This document shows positions 22,650-33,620 of a DNA stretch of 64,000 bases, one piece after another. This DNA is from Centroscyllium fabricii (lineage: Eukaryota), in assembly GCA_051313645.2 (NCBI GenBank), contig JBNRSN020000011.1, positions 15,500,001-15,564,000 of the forward strand, written 5' to 3'. How positions within the stretch are numbered: the first letter of the stretch is position 1; the number at the start of each line of letters is the position of its first letter. The notes under the pieces were generated by a model. The model did no database searches. It saw only the letters and a program-made list of their open reading frames with translations, and was not told where the DNA came from. The position numbers and the translations under genes are program-made.

Positions 22650-24366
22650 AATGGTGTCTAACGCACGCTCATCACAGTTCAAATTGTCACACTTGATTGG
22701 TTCCAAATATCATTTTCATATAAGAGCAACAAATCGCAACTGAACAGGGAGCCCACCAAATAGCAAGTGGCATTTTTGAAAGAAAGATGAAAAGAAGAGA
22801 AAGAAAGCCAGTCATTTCATGCTGGTTTCTTCTGACCTGGAGTCAGCCATTTACAATCAGCTGCCGACATTCCTCAGTAGCAATTAGCCTTTAATTGACC
22901 TCAGTAGGTGCCTAATTACAGCAATTAGGCTTTGTGGCCTTAAAGGTGCAGACCAATTAAAGCCATTCTTAGCAGCACAATAATACATTACGTGTTGCAT
23001 GATGTAATGCTCCTGCCATTATAAAACAGTGCATCACCCGAGTTACTGTACACAATGCCACCGGAGGTCTGCTAGTATTGTAATGTGTAGAGGTTAATGC
23101 ATTTGACATCAAAAGCCAGGAGAGAGGAGCACTGAGAACTACAGCCTTGAAGTGCACTCCTGTGTACATCACACTCTTTACAACTGTTCACAATACTAAT
23201 AGTGAGCAACATTGACCAACATTACTGTTAGATCACATTCCATGCAGCTGTGCTTGCTGTACCATACTATCTCACACTCCCTGCACCTGTGCACACAACA
23301 CTTGGTGTATTGCCAGTGAATTTGCACCACTATTCCATAGACCCGGACACTGTGTTCAGAACTATACCATTAATAAATAATCTGCACCAACGTTAATACT
23401 GTTTCATACTCACCATATTATTTGCGATCAAGTGCTAGTATTTCATGCATCCCATGGATGTTTTCACATGTCATTAGTGAGTAAATGCAGCAATATTACT
23501 ATCATCTTAAATTGTCCATAGTTATGTTCACCATACCAGGAGTGAACAATATGAACCATTGTTTTGCAATTCCTGTAGTTCTGTTCAAAATATCATTAGC
23601 AAACAACGTGTACCAACACTGACATTATTTCACACTCCGTGTAGCTATGCTCACCATACTCTTAGCGAACAATACTGTTTCACAACACCTATAATTCCGT
23701 TCACAATATTGTAAGTCACCAACTTGCACCAATATTGGTGTTAGGCCACAGTCTCCACAGCTGCATCAACTGCACATTTTTATTAGATTTTTCACAGTCA
23801 GGTTATCCACATCAGGGTTTTTGCTGCAAACATAACATTTCTCAAACTCAGTACATAGCACAGCAACAAACATGACGTTCCTGACTCCTGTTGGGAGCCT
23901 CACTCCCGTTTTTAAACCCAGGTACGGGTTGTACACGGTAATAATTCCTTCACATGTTTGACTCTGTACACTGTCTAGCAAGGTAATTACTTCTCATCAC
24001 ATTTTACGGTACTGTTTGTGGTACTGACTGTGTGAAGTACTTAGCGTGGAACCACAGAGAGGGGTAGGTAGGACACAGTACATGCCCACAATTTACTCCA
24101 TCTCAGGCGTGTCATCCACTTCTCTCCCAGAGAGAGAGGAACAATGGGAGAGGAGTCACTCCCTTTGAGGCTGCTGTCAGCCGTGGTTCAAGCGAGGCAC
24201 TGAGAGAGACCTAGCAACAGATGGTCTGCCTGTTCTTCTTGATCTGGCAACAGTATGTGGAGATGGGGCGCACAGAAACATGGGAACAGAAGTCCATTTT
24301 AATGGGGTGGGGGGGGGGGGTCAGTACATTTTACATTATTTAATGAGATGATTGTTTCGCACTTAC

Positions 24367-24553
24367 TTTTCGTAGTCGTGTTTGCAGTAAAGCTTCTTGT
24401 CTCTGTAGTAGCAAGTGGTGGCGAGGGGCTCCCGGCACCCAGCACATTGAACGCACTGCTCATGCCAGAAGCTGTCATTCACCCTCAGCAGAAATCGGTC
24501 TAAGATCACCCTGTCACAGCCTTCACACACCGCCCTTTCCTTTCCACTGGGCC
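24367..24553 (-). CDS. LMX1A: LMX1A coding exon 2 (LIM domain 1), 187 nt, phase 1 in, phase 2 out
   Basis: Encodes (G)[62 protein letters not shown], a complete LIM zinc-finger pattern. [21 protein letters not shown] and DYEK favour LMX1A over LMX1B. Acceptor ctgttttttctctccAG, donor GTAAGT. Confidence 0.95.
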
Positions 24554-24759
24554 CTGGAGAGAAAAAACAGGAGGAATCCGTGAAGCTGTTTATACCACAA
24601 GCTCCACCATCTGTCAGGTAACACCTCTGAGATCCCATTTTCACTTTGTGTCAATATATCGGAACTTACCCACAGATCGGATGGGGTATGTATGTATAGA
24701 GTGTCGGATGCAACAATGAAAGAATGAGCTGAGGAGATGGAGAGGGGTGGTTAAAGGAA

Positions 24760-24763
24760 ATAG

Positions 24764-24827
<64 letters not shown>
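24760..24827. repeat. (GATA)n microsatellite, ~16 units
   Basis: Perfect tetranucleotide run. Confidence 0.97.
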
Positions 24828-25269
24828 GTGGAGAAAGAGAGCTAAATGAGTAGAGGTTGGGATGAATGCATCAATGAAAGGCGAGGTTGAGACACATGAA
24901 TAGACAGGAAGAAATAGAGAGCTGAAGGAATGGAGGGCTGTACAGATAGAGGAATGGAGGGACGGAGTTCTGAATGAAGGGATGGGTGGACATCTCCTTG
25001 GTGGGGAGCGAGGGTATATAATGCTTTTAATACACATCCACAAGTAAACATTGTATTCTTTTGAGACTGTCTTCTATAGAGTTATCATATGCCTAATTAT
25101 AAAACGTGGACACATCATACATTCAACAAAAGCACGCTCTACTCTTCGACACTGTGCGCAATGAAGGTTCTTCTACTTTGCTCTCTGCCTCAGGAGATGA
25201 GCCGCTACTGCGCATTTCATTCCCCACACCAGCCAAGCTCATTGCTGCTTTGAATAAGATTATCAATTT

Positions 25270-25560
25270 AAGAACGAATTTGCATTTATATAGCACCTTT
25301 CACGATCTCTGGCCAGCCAAAAGAGCTTCGCAGCCAATGAAGCATTTTTGAAGTGTAGTCGCTGTTGTAATGTAGGAAAATGCGGCCGCCAATTTGCGCA
25401 CAGCAAGGTCCCACAAATAGCAATGAGATAAATGGCAAGGTAATCTTTTTTAGTGATGCTGGTTTGAGGGATAAGAACTGCCCAGGACACTGGGAGAGCT
25501 CCCCTGCTCTTCTTCGAATAGTGGTGTGGAGTATTTTACATCCACCTGAGAAGGCAGATA
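25270..25560 (-). mobile_element. Deu-domain SINE 3' half
   Basis: ttgcatttatatagcacctttcacg...tttacatccacctgag is the reverse complement of the SINE body and tail. Confidence 0.8.
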
Positions 25561-26119
25561 AAAGACATTTGTGCTGAATTATAGGCGGTTTTGTGCTGCG
25601 GAGCAGCATCTGCTAGGAACTGGGATGAGACTTATGCGACTTACAGCCAGCAGAGAGGGGAGACTTTCATCCAATCATTTGGGCTGGATTCAAAGCCAAG
25701 TCTCAGAGATGAAAATTCAATCATGTTTATTCTGCAGTACAAATACTTATGTGGATCTTTACACAGCTCAATAATTAAACACATGTATGTATATCTCAGG
25801 TAAAAGCCCGCACAAATATAGATATATAGGAGCACAGATAAAGAGAGTTCAGCATGTTTGACACAGCTATTGCTTACAGTGTCCTTTGCAGGTGTTACTC
25901 CTCCAACTTTGATTTATAAACCAAAGGAAATTCTCAACAGCAAAGAGTCCACACAAGATACCAGTGGGAAAACTTCATACACCTAGAATCACGGAAATTG
26001 CAGCACGGGAGGAGGCCATTCGGCCCATCCTGCTGTCTCTTCATCTGAATCTGTCCCTTCAAATTCAATTTCCCTACCTGTGTCCTTTTGCATTCTTCCC
26101 TTTCAAATACTTACCCAAT

Positions 26120-26700
26120 TCATAGAAACAGAGGAAGAGATGTGGACCATTCAGCCCCTCCAGCCTGTTCCACTATTCAATTAGATCCTGGCTGATCTGT
26201 ATCTTAACTCCATCTACCCGCCTTGGTTCCATAACCCTTAGTACTCTTGCCTGACAAACATCTGTCAATCTCAGTTTTGACCCCCAGCCTCAACAGCTTT
26301 TTTGGGGGGAGAGAGTTCCAGATTTCCACTACCCTTTGTGTGAAGAAATGCTTCCTGACATCATTCCTGAATGGCCTAGTTCTAATTTTAAGGGTATTCT
26401 CCCTTTAACGAAATCACCCACCAGAGGAAATAGTTTCTCTCTATCAACTTTTTAAATCAACTTAAACACTTCAATTAGATCACCCCGAATCTTCTAAACT
26501 CAAAGGAATACAAGCCTAGTCTATGCAAGCTGTCCTCATAAGTTAACCCTTTTAGCCCAGGTATCCTTCTGGTGAATCTGCGCTGTTATCCTTCTTGGGG
26601 TGCAGTGCCTAGAACTGAACGCAGTACTCTAGATGAGGTCTAACCAGATCGTTATATAACTGTAACATAACTTCCACCCCGTTGTACTCTAGCCCCTGTG
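26120..26700 (-). mobile_element. Old CR1 LINE 3' fragment
   Basis: Reverse complement of CR1 3' ORF2 and UTR (LEYCVQF.., AGTGGAAATCTGGAACTCTC). Confidence 0.8.
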
Positions 26701-27423
26701 ATCAGCTAATGAAGCACGGACCAGGGACTGAAGCTAGGACCATCCTGATATGTACAGACCATCATATAAAGAATGGGTCAGGTTCAGTTTCGACTGCTAT
26801 TAAGAGGTGACTGACATGCTGCCACCTGGTGAGGTGAAGCATGGTGATCTCCTTGGGCAGTGCATGGTCAATGTGGACACATTGGGCTGCAATGCTTTGT
26901 TGGTGATGTACACGGGGCACCATAATCAGGTATTGGAGGTTGTTAAGGGTACCAGCAGTGCAGCAGCAGCAAAAGATGGAGACCACAAAGGACAAGCAGC
27001 AATTGAGGTTGTAGAGGAAGGTGACAGCAGCTAAAATGGTATGAAGAGGGGAAGATAAGGTGGTTTGTTGATTGTTGTGACAGACTGGAAACTGACCGCA
27101 GACATTAGGTGACATGCTCTTGCCCGCTACAAATAAGTAGCAAAACTCTGAGGCCAGTAAGGTGTTACGATCAGAGCAGATAAGGAGTGTACATTCGATG
27201 CATCTGACGTTCCATAGGAGAGGAGGCTAGAGGAAACGTAGGAAAGGAAACTGCTGAAACATACAGAACTTAGTGCAGATAATTAGCAAGTGAGGTACGT
27301 GTGGGGGAAATGCGGTGCTGAGATTCATAAGAAGACTGTAGATGAAGGGGCACAGGCCGATAATGTGGCGAAGAGGACTGCGGGCACAGCAGAAAGGCAT
27401 AGGGTTGGACTGCTGACTCTCAC

Positions 27424-27850
27424 AGCCGTGGCTCAGTACGTAGCACTCCCACATCTGGGTCAGAAGGTTCTGAGTTCAACTCCGGAGACTTGCGCATAAA
27501 ATCTGGGCAAATACTCCACTGCAGTACAAAGGGAGTGCTGCACAGTCGGAGGTGAAATCTTTTGGATGAGATGTTAAACCGAAGCCACATTTGCCCTCTC
27601 AGGTGGACGTAAAATATCCCATGGGACTATTTGAAGAACAGGGGAGTTCTCCCTTTGCAAATATTTATCCCTCAATCAACATCACTAAAACCATTAACTG
27701 GTCATTGCCACAGTGCTGTTTATGGAACCTTGCTGTGCAAAGTTGGCTGCTGCATTTCCTACATTACAACAGTGTTTCATTGGTTGTAAATGCTTTGGGG
27801 TGTCCTGAGGTCACAAAAGACGCTATAGAAATGCAAGTTATTTCTTTATT
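27424..27850 (+). mobile_element. Deu-domain SINE (SacSINE1-like)
   Basis: GCCGTGGCTCAGT...GAGTTCAACTCC head; GGGAGTGCTGCACAGTCGGAGG body; AAATGCAAGT tail. Confidence 0.85.
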
Positions 27851-28259
27851 TGCATTTATGATTTCATTGCAAAAAATGACATAAGGGTGTGGACCTGGTA
27901 GGAGTTGGTAGAAATGGAGGCTGTGGGTTAAGCACTAGCAACACTTCATGAGCTCCATGGTGGGAAAGCAGTTTCTTGGCGGGGGGGGGGGGGGGGGGGG
28001 CGGTTGTGTTGCACTTGCTTAAAAATATTTCAACCAATTGTATAAACAGAATATATCACAGCCAACACCATGTGCTGATAGCTATCTCTATTCCTGAGCT
28101 TGTTCATGGATCGCAAGGCTCAAGACAAGACCCTCCTGAGTTATCTGGTCAGCCTCACTTGTGGAGATACTTATCACATCTCTGTGCTTCTTTCCCCCAT
28201 ACTCGAGTATTACTGCACTGTTACCATTGGCCACGAGGTCATTTTAATGTTGTATTGCT

Positions 28260-28517
28260 ATTGCTTTGCCTCAGCCACTTCTATCTGTTGCTGTAATTTT
28301 CCTCGTCTATCTCCTCCATTCCTGTCTTGTAGATAGCTGCAAATAGATTTTAATATAATTCCTACAGAGAAGATGACCCAGCACCCTACTGTCCTTCTTA
28401 TCGGTTTCATTTCAGTCTTGCTAAAGGGTCCCCACCCGAAACGTTGATTCTTGTTTCTCTCTTCACGGATGTTGACTGAACTGCTGAGTTTTTCCAGCAT
28501 TTTCTGTTGTTATTTTA
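28260..28517 (+). mobile_element. Penelope-like 3' fragment with a degenerate hammerhead motif (28414-28449)
   Basis: AGTC-TTGCTAA-A-GGGT cccc ACCC-GAAAC-GTT-GATT followed by ...CTGCTGAGTTTTTCCAGCATTTTCTG. Confidence 0.65.
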
Positions 28518-28940
28518 GAGAAGATCACTTGCCCCATAGCTGCATGAGAAGATTGGAGTGTACATCTTTGAGCGTCACAATATAATTAATTAGTAGGGTT
28601 CAGTGTTCCGTGTACTCACTTGCGGGTACCAGCTAACTAAAACTCTGGCCGGAATTTTCCTTACCAAGCCGGATTGGCTGTGTGTGGGCTGAGTGTCAGG
28701 TCGGAACTGCATTGTTCTTATCATCCTGCTCCTCAGAGCAACTTTCAGTTAATGGCGCCTATTTAGGCAGGCCCGCGCATTTCCAGGCCCTAGTAAATGG
28801 TGCAGGTCTGGCGACATCAGCAATGACTCATTTCCAGCGGGAATATTTAAAGCAGCCTTGACCACATCACATTTAAAGGTTCATCTCAGAGTATGCAGCG
28901 AGGATATATCACGATCTGGTTATTGCTCAGACTTGCAAAG

Positions 28941-30785
28941 ATGGCGTCACAAAGACAGAGGGCTGCACCCAGGTTGTCAGATGACGTCCTACATATTCTT
29001 GTGGAGGGAGTCAGAGCACACAGGGAGGTCCTCGCCCCTGCTGATGGGCAGAAGAGACCTCTCCAGGAGACAAAACGAGCCTGGCTCCAAATTGGAGAGG
29101 AAGTGAACAGCAGGGATGTGGTGAGAAGGACTTGGGTGCAGTGCCGGAAATGCTTCAATGATCTCATTAGATCAGGAAAGGTGAGGACAAAGCCACACTC
29201 ACATCCCCATCACTCTGTCTTCCCAAGCCTGCTCCAGCACATCATTACTCACACCAACATACCTTGCACGTCCACCCATCCCTCTCTCTCTATGTACTTA
29301 CTCACATCTCCCTTTGACTAACCATCCCTCACATTCACCCTCATCGTAATGCAATCATACCAAATACCACCACACAAGATGGCCATCTGGCGCTGGCACT
29401 TTTGCATTGGCACCACATTCCCTCATAGTCACCCTCTACAGATGTAACCCACACATTCCTTACACACATGCCAGCACTTTCACTCAAACTTCTCTTCTTT
29501 CCCTCCTTGCAGGAGAAACAAGCCCACAACAACAGGGAGAGGGAGAGAACCAGAGGTGGCCCTCCATCCTTTGCCACTTTGGCAGCAGCAGAGGAGGTCA
29601 TCCTGGAGTTGTCCGGAGTTGTGGAGCAGCTGGCAGTGGGAGACGGAGAGAGAGGGAACCTCTCAGCAATCTGGTGACAGAATTACATCACATACCGCCA
29701 CATGGCATACAGCAGTCACTCATATGGGGACTGATGTCAGCAGCCAGTGAATGTTCATCATGTGTATAATGGTATTGTTACCCATTCTTAATGTAACATT
29801 TCTAAATCATCTCTTTACACTCCCACAGGTCCATCAAGAAACGCCCCCCCCCCCCACCCCCGCTGTTGTCCAGGAGGAAGAGGAAGACGACTCCTCAGAA
29901 GAGCCTCCAGCCTCTAGGCGCACCATCACCAGACATAAGCTCACCTGGCACTAGCGCAGATACGCACACCTTGGTGGAGTCCCATGTAAGTTAGAGTAGT
30001 GTTGTCATCTGATGTCTCACAAGTCACAAGTGAGCTAAAGGAGATGGTTGAGACAGGGACAGCAATGGAGACTCCTCGCCAGAGTGTGCAGGAAGCTCCA
30101 AGCTCTGCTCAGATGCTTGCAGACACTGAGCCTTGAGGGCCATTGAAAACGTGGACAATCCTGGAGGTGCAGGAAGAGGTGCAGGAGGCTCTGGCAGGTT
30201 TTGCAGTCACAATGTCTGCAAATGTGCAGAGAATGGAGGAGTCCATCTCCAACATGAGCACCACAATCTCGTAGGTGATGGGGATGGTATGCTCTTCCAT
30301 GGAAAGGATGACCACCTGCATGGAGCAGCTAATGCACCACTCACAGGAGTAAATGCTGTCTATGGGCAACAGATGACAGAGGCTCATAGACCTCCTCACT
30401 GGAGGGATGAAAACAGAAATTTGGGTCCTCATGGCCCCGCTGCTGTGCCGGGAAGTGTGCGTAGCCCATGAGAGGGATGATGGTGAGAAGGGACAGGGAA
30501 GCAGGTGCCCCTCTCAAAGCACTCACACCTCTCACCAATTGCCCCACTCCTCAGTCAAAGTCCCAGTTGCCTCCTGGGACTGCGATGGCCGAGTCTGCCC
30601 CTGCACAGTTGCAGAAGGAGCAGACTTTGGCGGAGCCATCACAGGCTGCAAAACCCAGAGGACGTCCACCAAACGTGTCTATGCAGTCGCAGCAGGGAAG
30701 TGAGCAGGCTGCTTCTACCTCTGCTGAAGCCACAGGGTTTGCACCTTGTAGAGGCACGCATAAACGAATACTGACACAGAAGTAG
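28941..30785 (+). pseudogene. Harbinger accessory Myb/SANT-like (MSANTD/NAIF1-type) DNA-binding gene, three exons, decayed
   Basis: Exon 1 28941-29180 MASQRQRAAPRLSDDVLHILVEGVRAHREVL...KRAWLQIGEEVNSRDVVRRTWVQCRKCFNDLIRSGK|GTGAGG. Exon 2 from 29513 (ttgcAG|EKQAHNNRERERTRGGPP...). Exon 3 from ~29829 has frameshifts and stops. Confidence 0.82.
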
Positions 30786-31065
30786 ATGCACATGGGTGTT
30801 TAAAGTGGTATGATTGTTAAAGTTCTGTTAATGTTATGACACATATTAAACTATTCATTTTCACCACTTTCACCACATGCCTATTTGTTTATGCTACTTT
30901 GGAAGTGGCTTACTGAGTTGCTGTGAATGCTGAGACATAACGTTACCTCCAGCAATGGGGGTCAGTGTGAAAGGAATGGCTTTGTCATTGCAGCGATGCT
31001 TTATGGTGTTGTTGCCAGGGAAACTGGCACAGCATGTGGTCGCCATATGGGTGTAATGCAGGGAG

Positions 31066-32236
31066 TTAAGTAAATTTGGCCATGATGAGGCCATCCCTGG
31101 CCTCCCGGGCAGCGGTGTGCTCCGGTGCTGCTGGCAACTGGAACTCAGATTCTTCCTGTTCCTCCTCCTTCTCTTCCACCTGCTCTGAAGAAAGAGGCTG
31201 TGCGCTCTGCGCCTGACTCCTCATGCAGTGCTAATCCTCGCTGCCTTGCCATGTTGTGTAGGGCGCAGCAGACAACGATGATTCTGGAGACCCCGGCTGG
31301 TGCGTACTGAAGGGCACCTCCAGATCTGTCAAGGCATCTGAAGCTATCTTCAGCATGCCTATCGTTTGCTGGACATGTGGCTTTCATTATATCTCTCCTG
31401 GGCCTCAGTACTTGGCCTCCTCAAGGGTGTCATGAGCTACATCTTCAGTGGATAGCACTTGTCTCCAAGCAGCCAGCCGGAAAGTCTGTTTGGAGGTGTG
31501 AACAGCTGAGGGAAGGTGGACTGGTGAAGAACAAAAAAGTCATGGCAGCTGCCAGGGAATCTGGCACACACATGCATAATCATCTTCCTATGGTTGGAGA
31601 CGAGCTGCACATTGAGGGAGTGGAAGCCCTTGCAGTTCACAAACACTCCTGGGTGATGTGAGGGTGCCTTGATGGCCACACGTGTGCAGTTGATGATGAC
31701 CTGCATCCATGGGAAGCCAGCCAGAGTGGCAAAGCCGAGTGCCCGCTCAGTAACACTGGCTTCATCAGTGGCAAAGCTGACATAATTGGCTGACTTGTCC
31801 AACATGACATCGGTGACCTGTGTGAAGCATCTCTGGGCAGCTGACTGTGAGATGCAGCAAATGTCTGCTGCAGAACCCTGGAAAGAGCCTGAGACGAAGA
31901 AGTTGAGGGCGCTGGTGACTTTGACAGCGACTGGTAAGGCATGCCCACCCGTTCCTCTGGGCTGCAGGTCTTGCTCCAGCAAACTGCAAATGTCTGTGAT
32001 GACCTGAGCCTCCTTTGGCATTGCTGCTCAGTCATGTTGAGAATGCTTATCTCCTGCCTGTATACCCTGTGTTGGGTGTATTGCCTCTGGCGTGGGGGAG
32101 CTCTACGCTGATGCCCTCTGTCCTGTGGAGCATAAGGTCATTGAGGAGAAGGCTGCTGTTGTTGTTGCTGCGGGTGTTGGGATTCATCCTGGTCCAATTC
32201 TGAGGACCAAGGTGACACAATTTAAGCAGAACCCAT
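31066..32236 (-). pseudogene. Harbinger (HARBI1-like) DDE transposase pseudogene
   Basis: Motifs [41 protein letters not shown] (the canonical IDCTH Asp reads Asn), [53 protein letters not shown]; several frameshifts. Confidence 0.92.
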
Positions 32237-33389
32237 GCTAATATAATAGATAGCAGGTCAAGTAGAGATCAGAGGAGCAATCTGTCAATGTTCTGATAAT
32301 TAGTAGCAATGAGGACAGAGTGGCTTCCAAGGTTGCAGAAAAACTTGCAGACTCTAGGAGCTGGACTTTCATTCAGGAATTGGGTGGAAGGCGGAACTAC
32401 AACTTTCGGGGTTGTAGTCACGCCTCCATCGATATGTGGTCAATCCACATGATCTTAACTTGATTGACCTTGTTCAGCCCACCCAGCAGGCTCAGCAGGC
32501 CAATTAAGGGCCACCCAGCAGCAGGTGATGTCACAGACTGAAATGTCATCTGTCAAGAGGTTTTGACAGATGAAATATCAGTGTTTCACAGCTGTTTGAA
32601 GCTGTCAAACACTGACAGTCTTAATTCTAACCTGAGTCTGTCTCCACAGACTCAGTTAGAAATCTCTCCTGCACAGAAAGCTGCAGGCTGTCACTTTTGA
32701 CAGTTCGCAGCCATTCTGCTTTCTGTGCCGGTGAGATGAGGGAACTCCCAAGACCTAAAGGAAGGAAGGCTGAAAAGGTAAGAAAAGGTCATTTAAACTT
32801 CTTTAATCACTTTAGACACACCAAACACACTTACCTTTGCACTCATGCACGCATCACTCACCTGAACACTGACATCTTGACCCCTCCAGTCCTTCAACCC
32901 GACGGCCCGCCTCGCTAACTTAGCGTGGTTTGGAGCCATCGGGAATCCCACACTTAAGCATTAAAAATAGGGATTAGGCTAAACTGCCTGTTAACAGGCA
33001 GTTAATTGGCACTAATCCCTTCCCGCCTTGGGTAGGTGGGTCCCAGTGCGGGGCGGGTACCCGCTTCCTTTGAAACTGGCATGGAGGCGGGTTGGGTGCA
33101 GGATGGGGTTGGGACCCCTGATTTCGGGATTTTAACCTCCCACATGTCTCCAATCCCGACTCCATGGCCCAATGAAAATCCAGCCCCAAACACCTAAATC
33201 TGTGCTCAAAATGGAATGAGCAACAACCTTTCCCTTAGACTAGTAATGAGGTGTCATTTGGGAGTATTTATTGGGATTCCCATGCTCTACATTAACAACC
33301 TCGTTCAATGGCCACTGAGCCTCTGCCTCAGGTTGACAGATGTGGTTCCCGAACTGCGTGATTCCCGTGGTCATGCAGTGAAATTCAAA

Positions 33390-33620
33390 ACACAGAAACA
33401 CAGAAGATAGGAGCAGGAGTAGGCCATTCGGCCCTTCGAGCCTGCTCCGCCATTTTTGATGAGATCATGGCTGATCATCCAAACCCAGCACCCCCCTCCT
33501 ACCCTCTCCCCATGCCCCCCGACACCCCCAACTCTAGAACTATATCTCACACACATACACATGGCCAATTTTTTTTTTGTATCTCCAATGCACCTAACGT
33601 GCATGTCTTTGGGTCTGGTT
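33390..33620 (-). mobile_element. SINE/CR1-type 3' tail fragment
   Basis: agaagataggagcaggagtaggccattcggcccttcgagcctgctccgcc..., the same tail as the HE1 and CR1 copies. Confidence 0.75.

Larger units (their letters stand above)
28647..33186. mobile_element. Near full-length decayed PIF/Harbinger DNA transposon (~4.5 kb, two convergent genes)
   Basis: Myb/SANT-like gene on +, DDE transposase on -; imperfect termini GGCCGGAATTTTC ... GAAAATCCAGCCC. Confidence 0.88.

Noticed and set aside
1-24366. Downstream LMX1A exons (LIM2, homeodomain)
   Set aside because: No second LIM or homeodomain peptide appears in the ORF track or in what I read by eye. They probably lie beyond the left edge, though a short exon could have been missed
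24367-24553. Assignment to LMX1B
   Set aside because: Diagnostic residues ([33 protein letters not shown], and MLDGLK in the first coding exon) fit LMX1A
24363-24644. A single-exon 93-aa LIM protein as given by the ORF track
   Set aside because: The N-terminal part is intron (pyrimidine tract and AG) and the stop lies in the GTAAGT donor. It is an internal exon
31066-32236. Domesticated host gene HARBI1
   Set aside because: It is frameshifted, has lost a catalytic Asp, and is paired with a Myb-like gene inside TIR-like ends. It is a transposon copy
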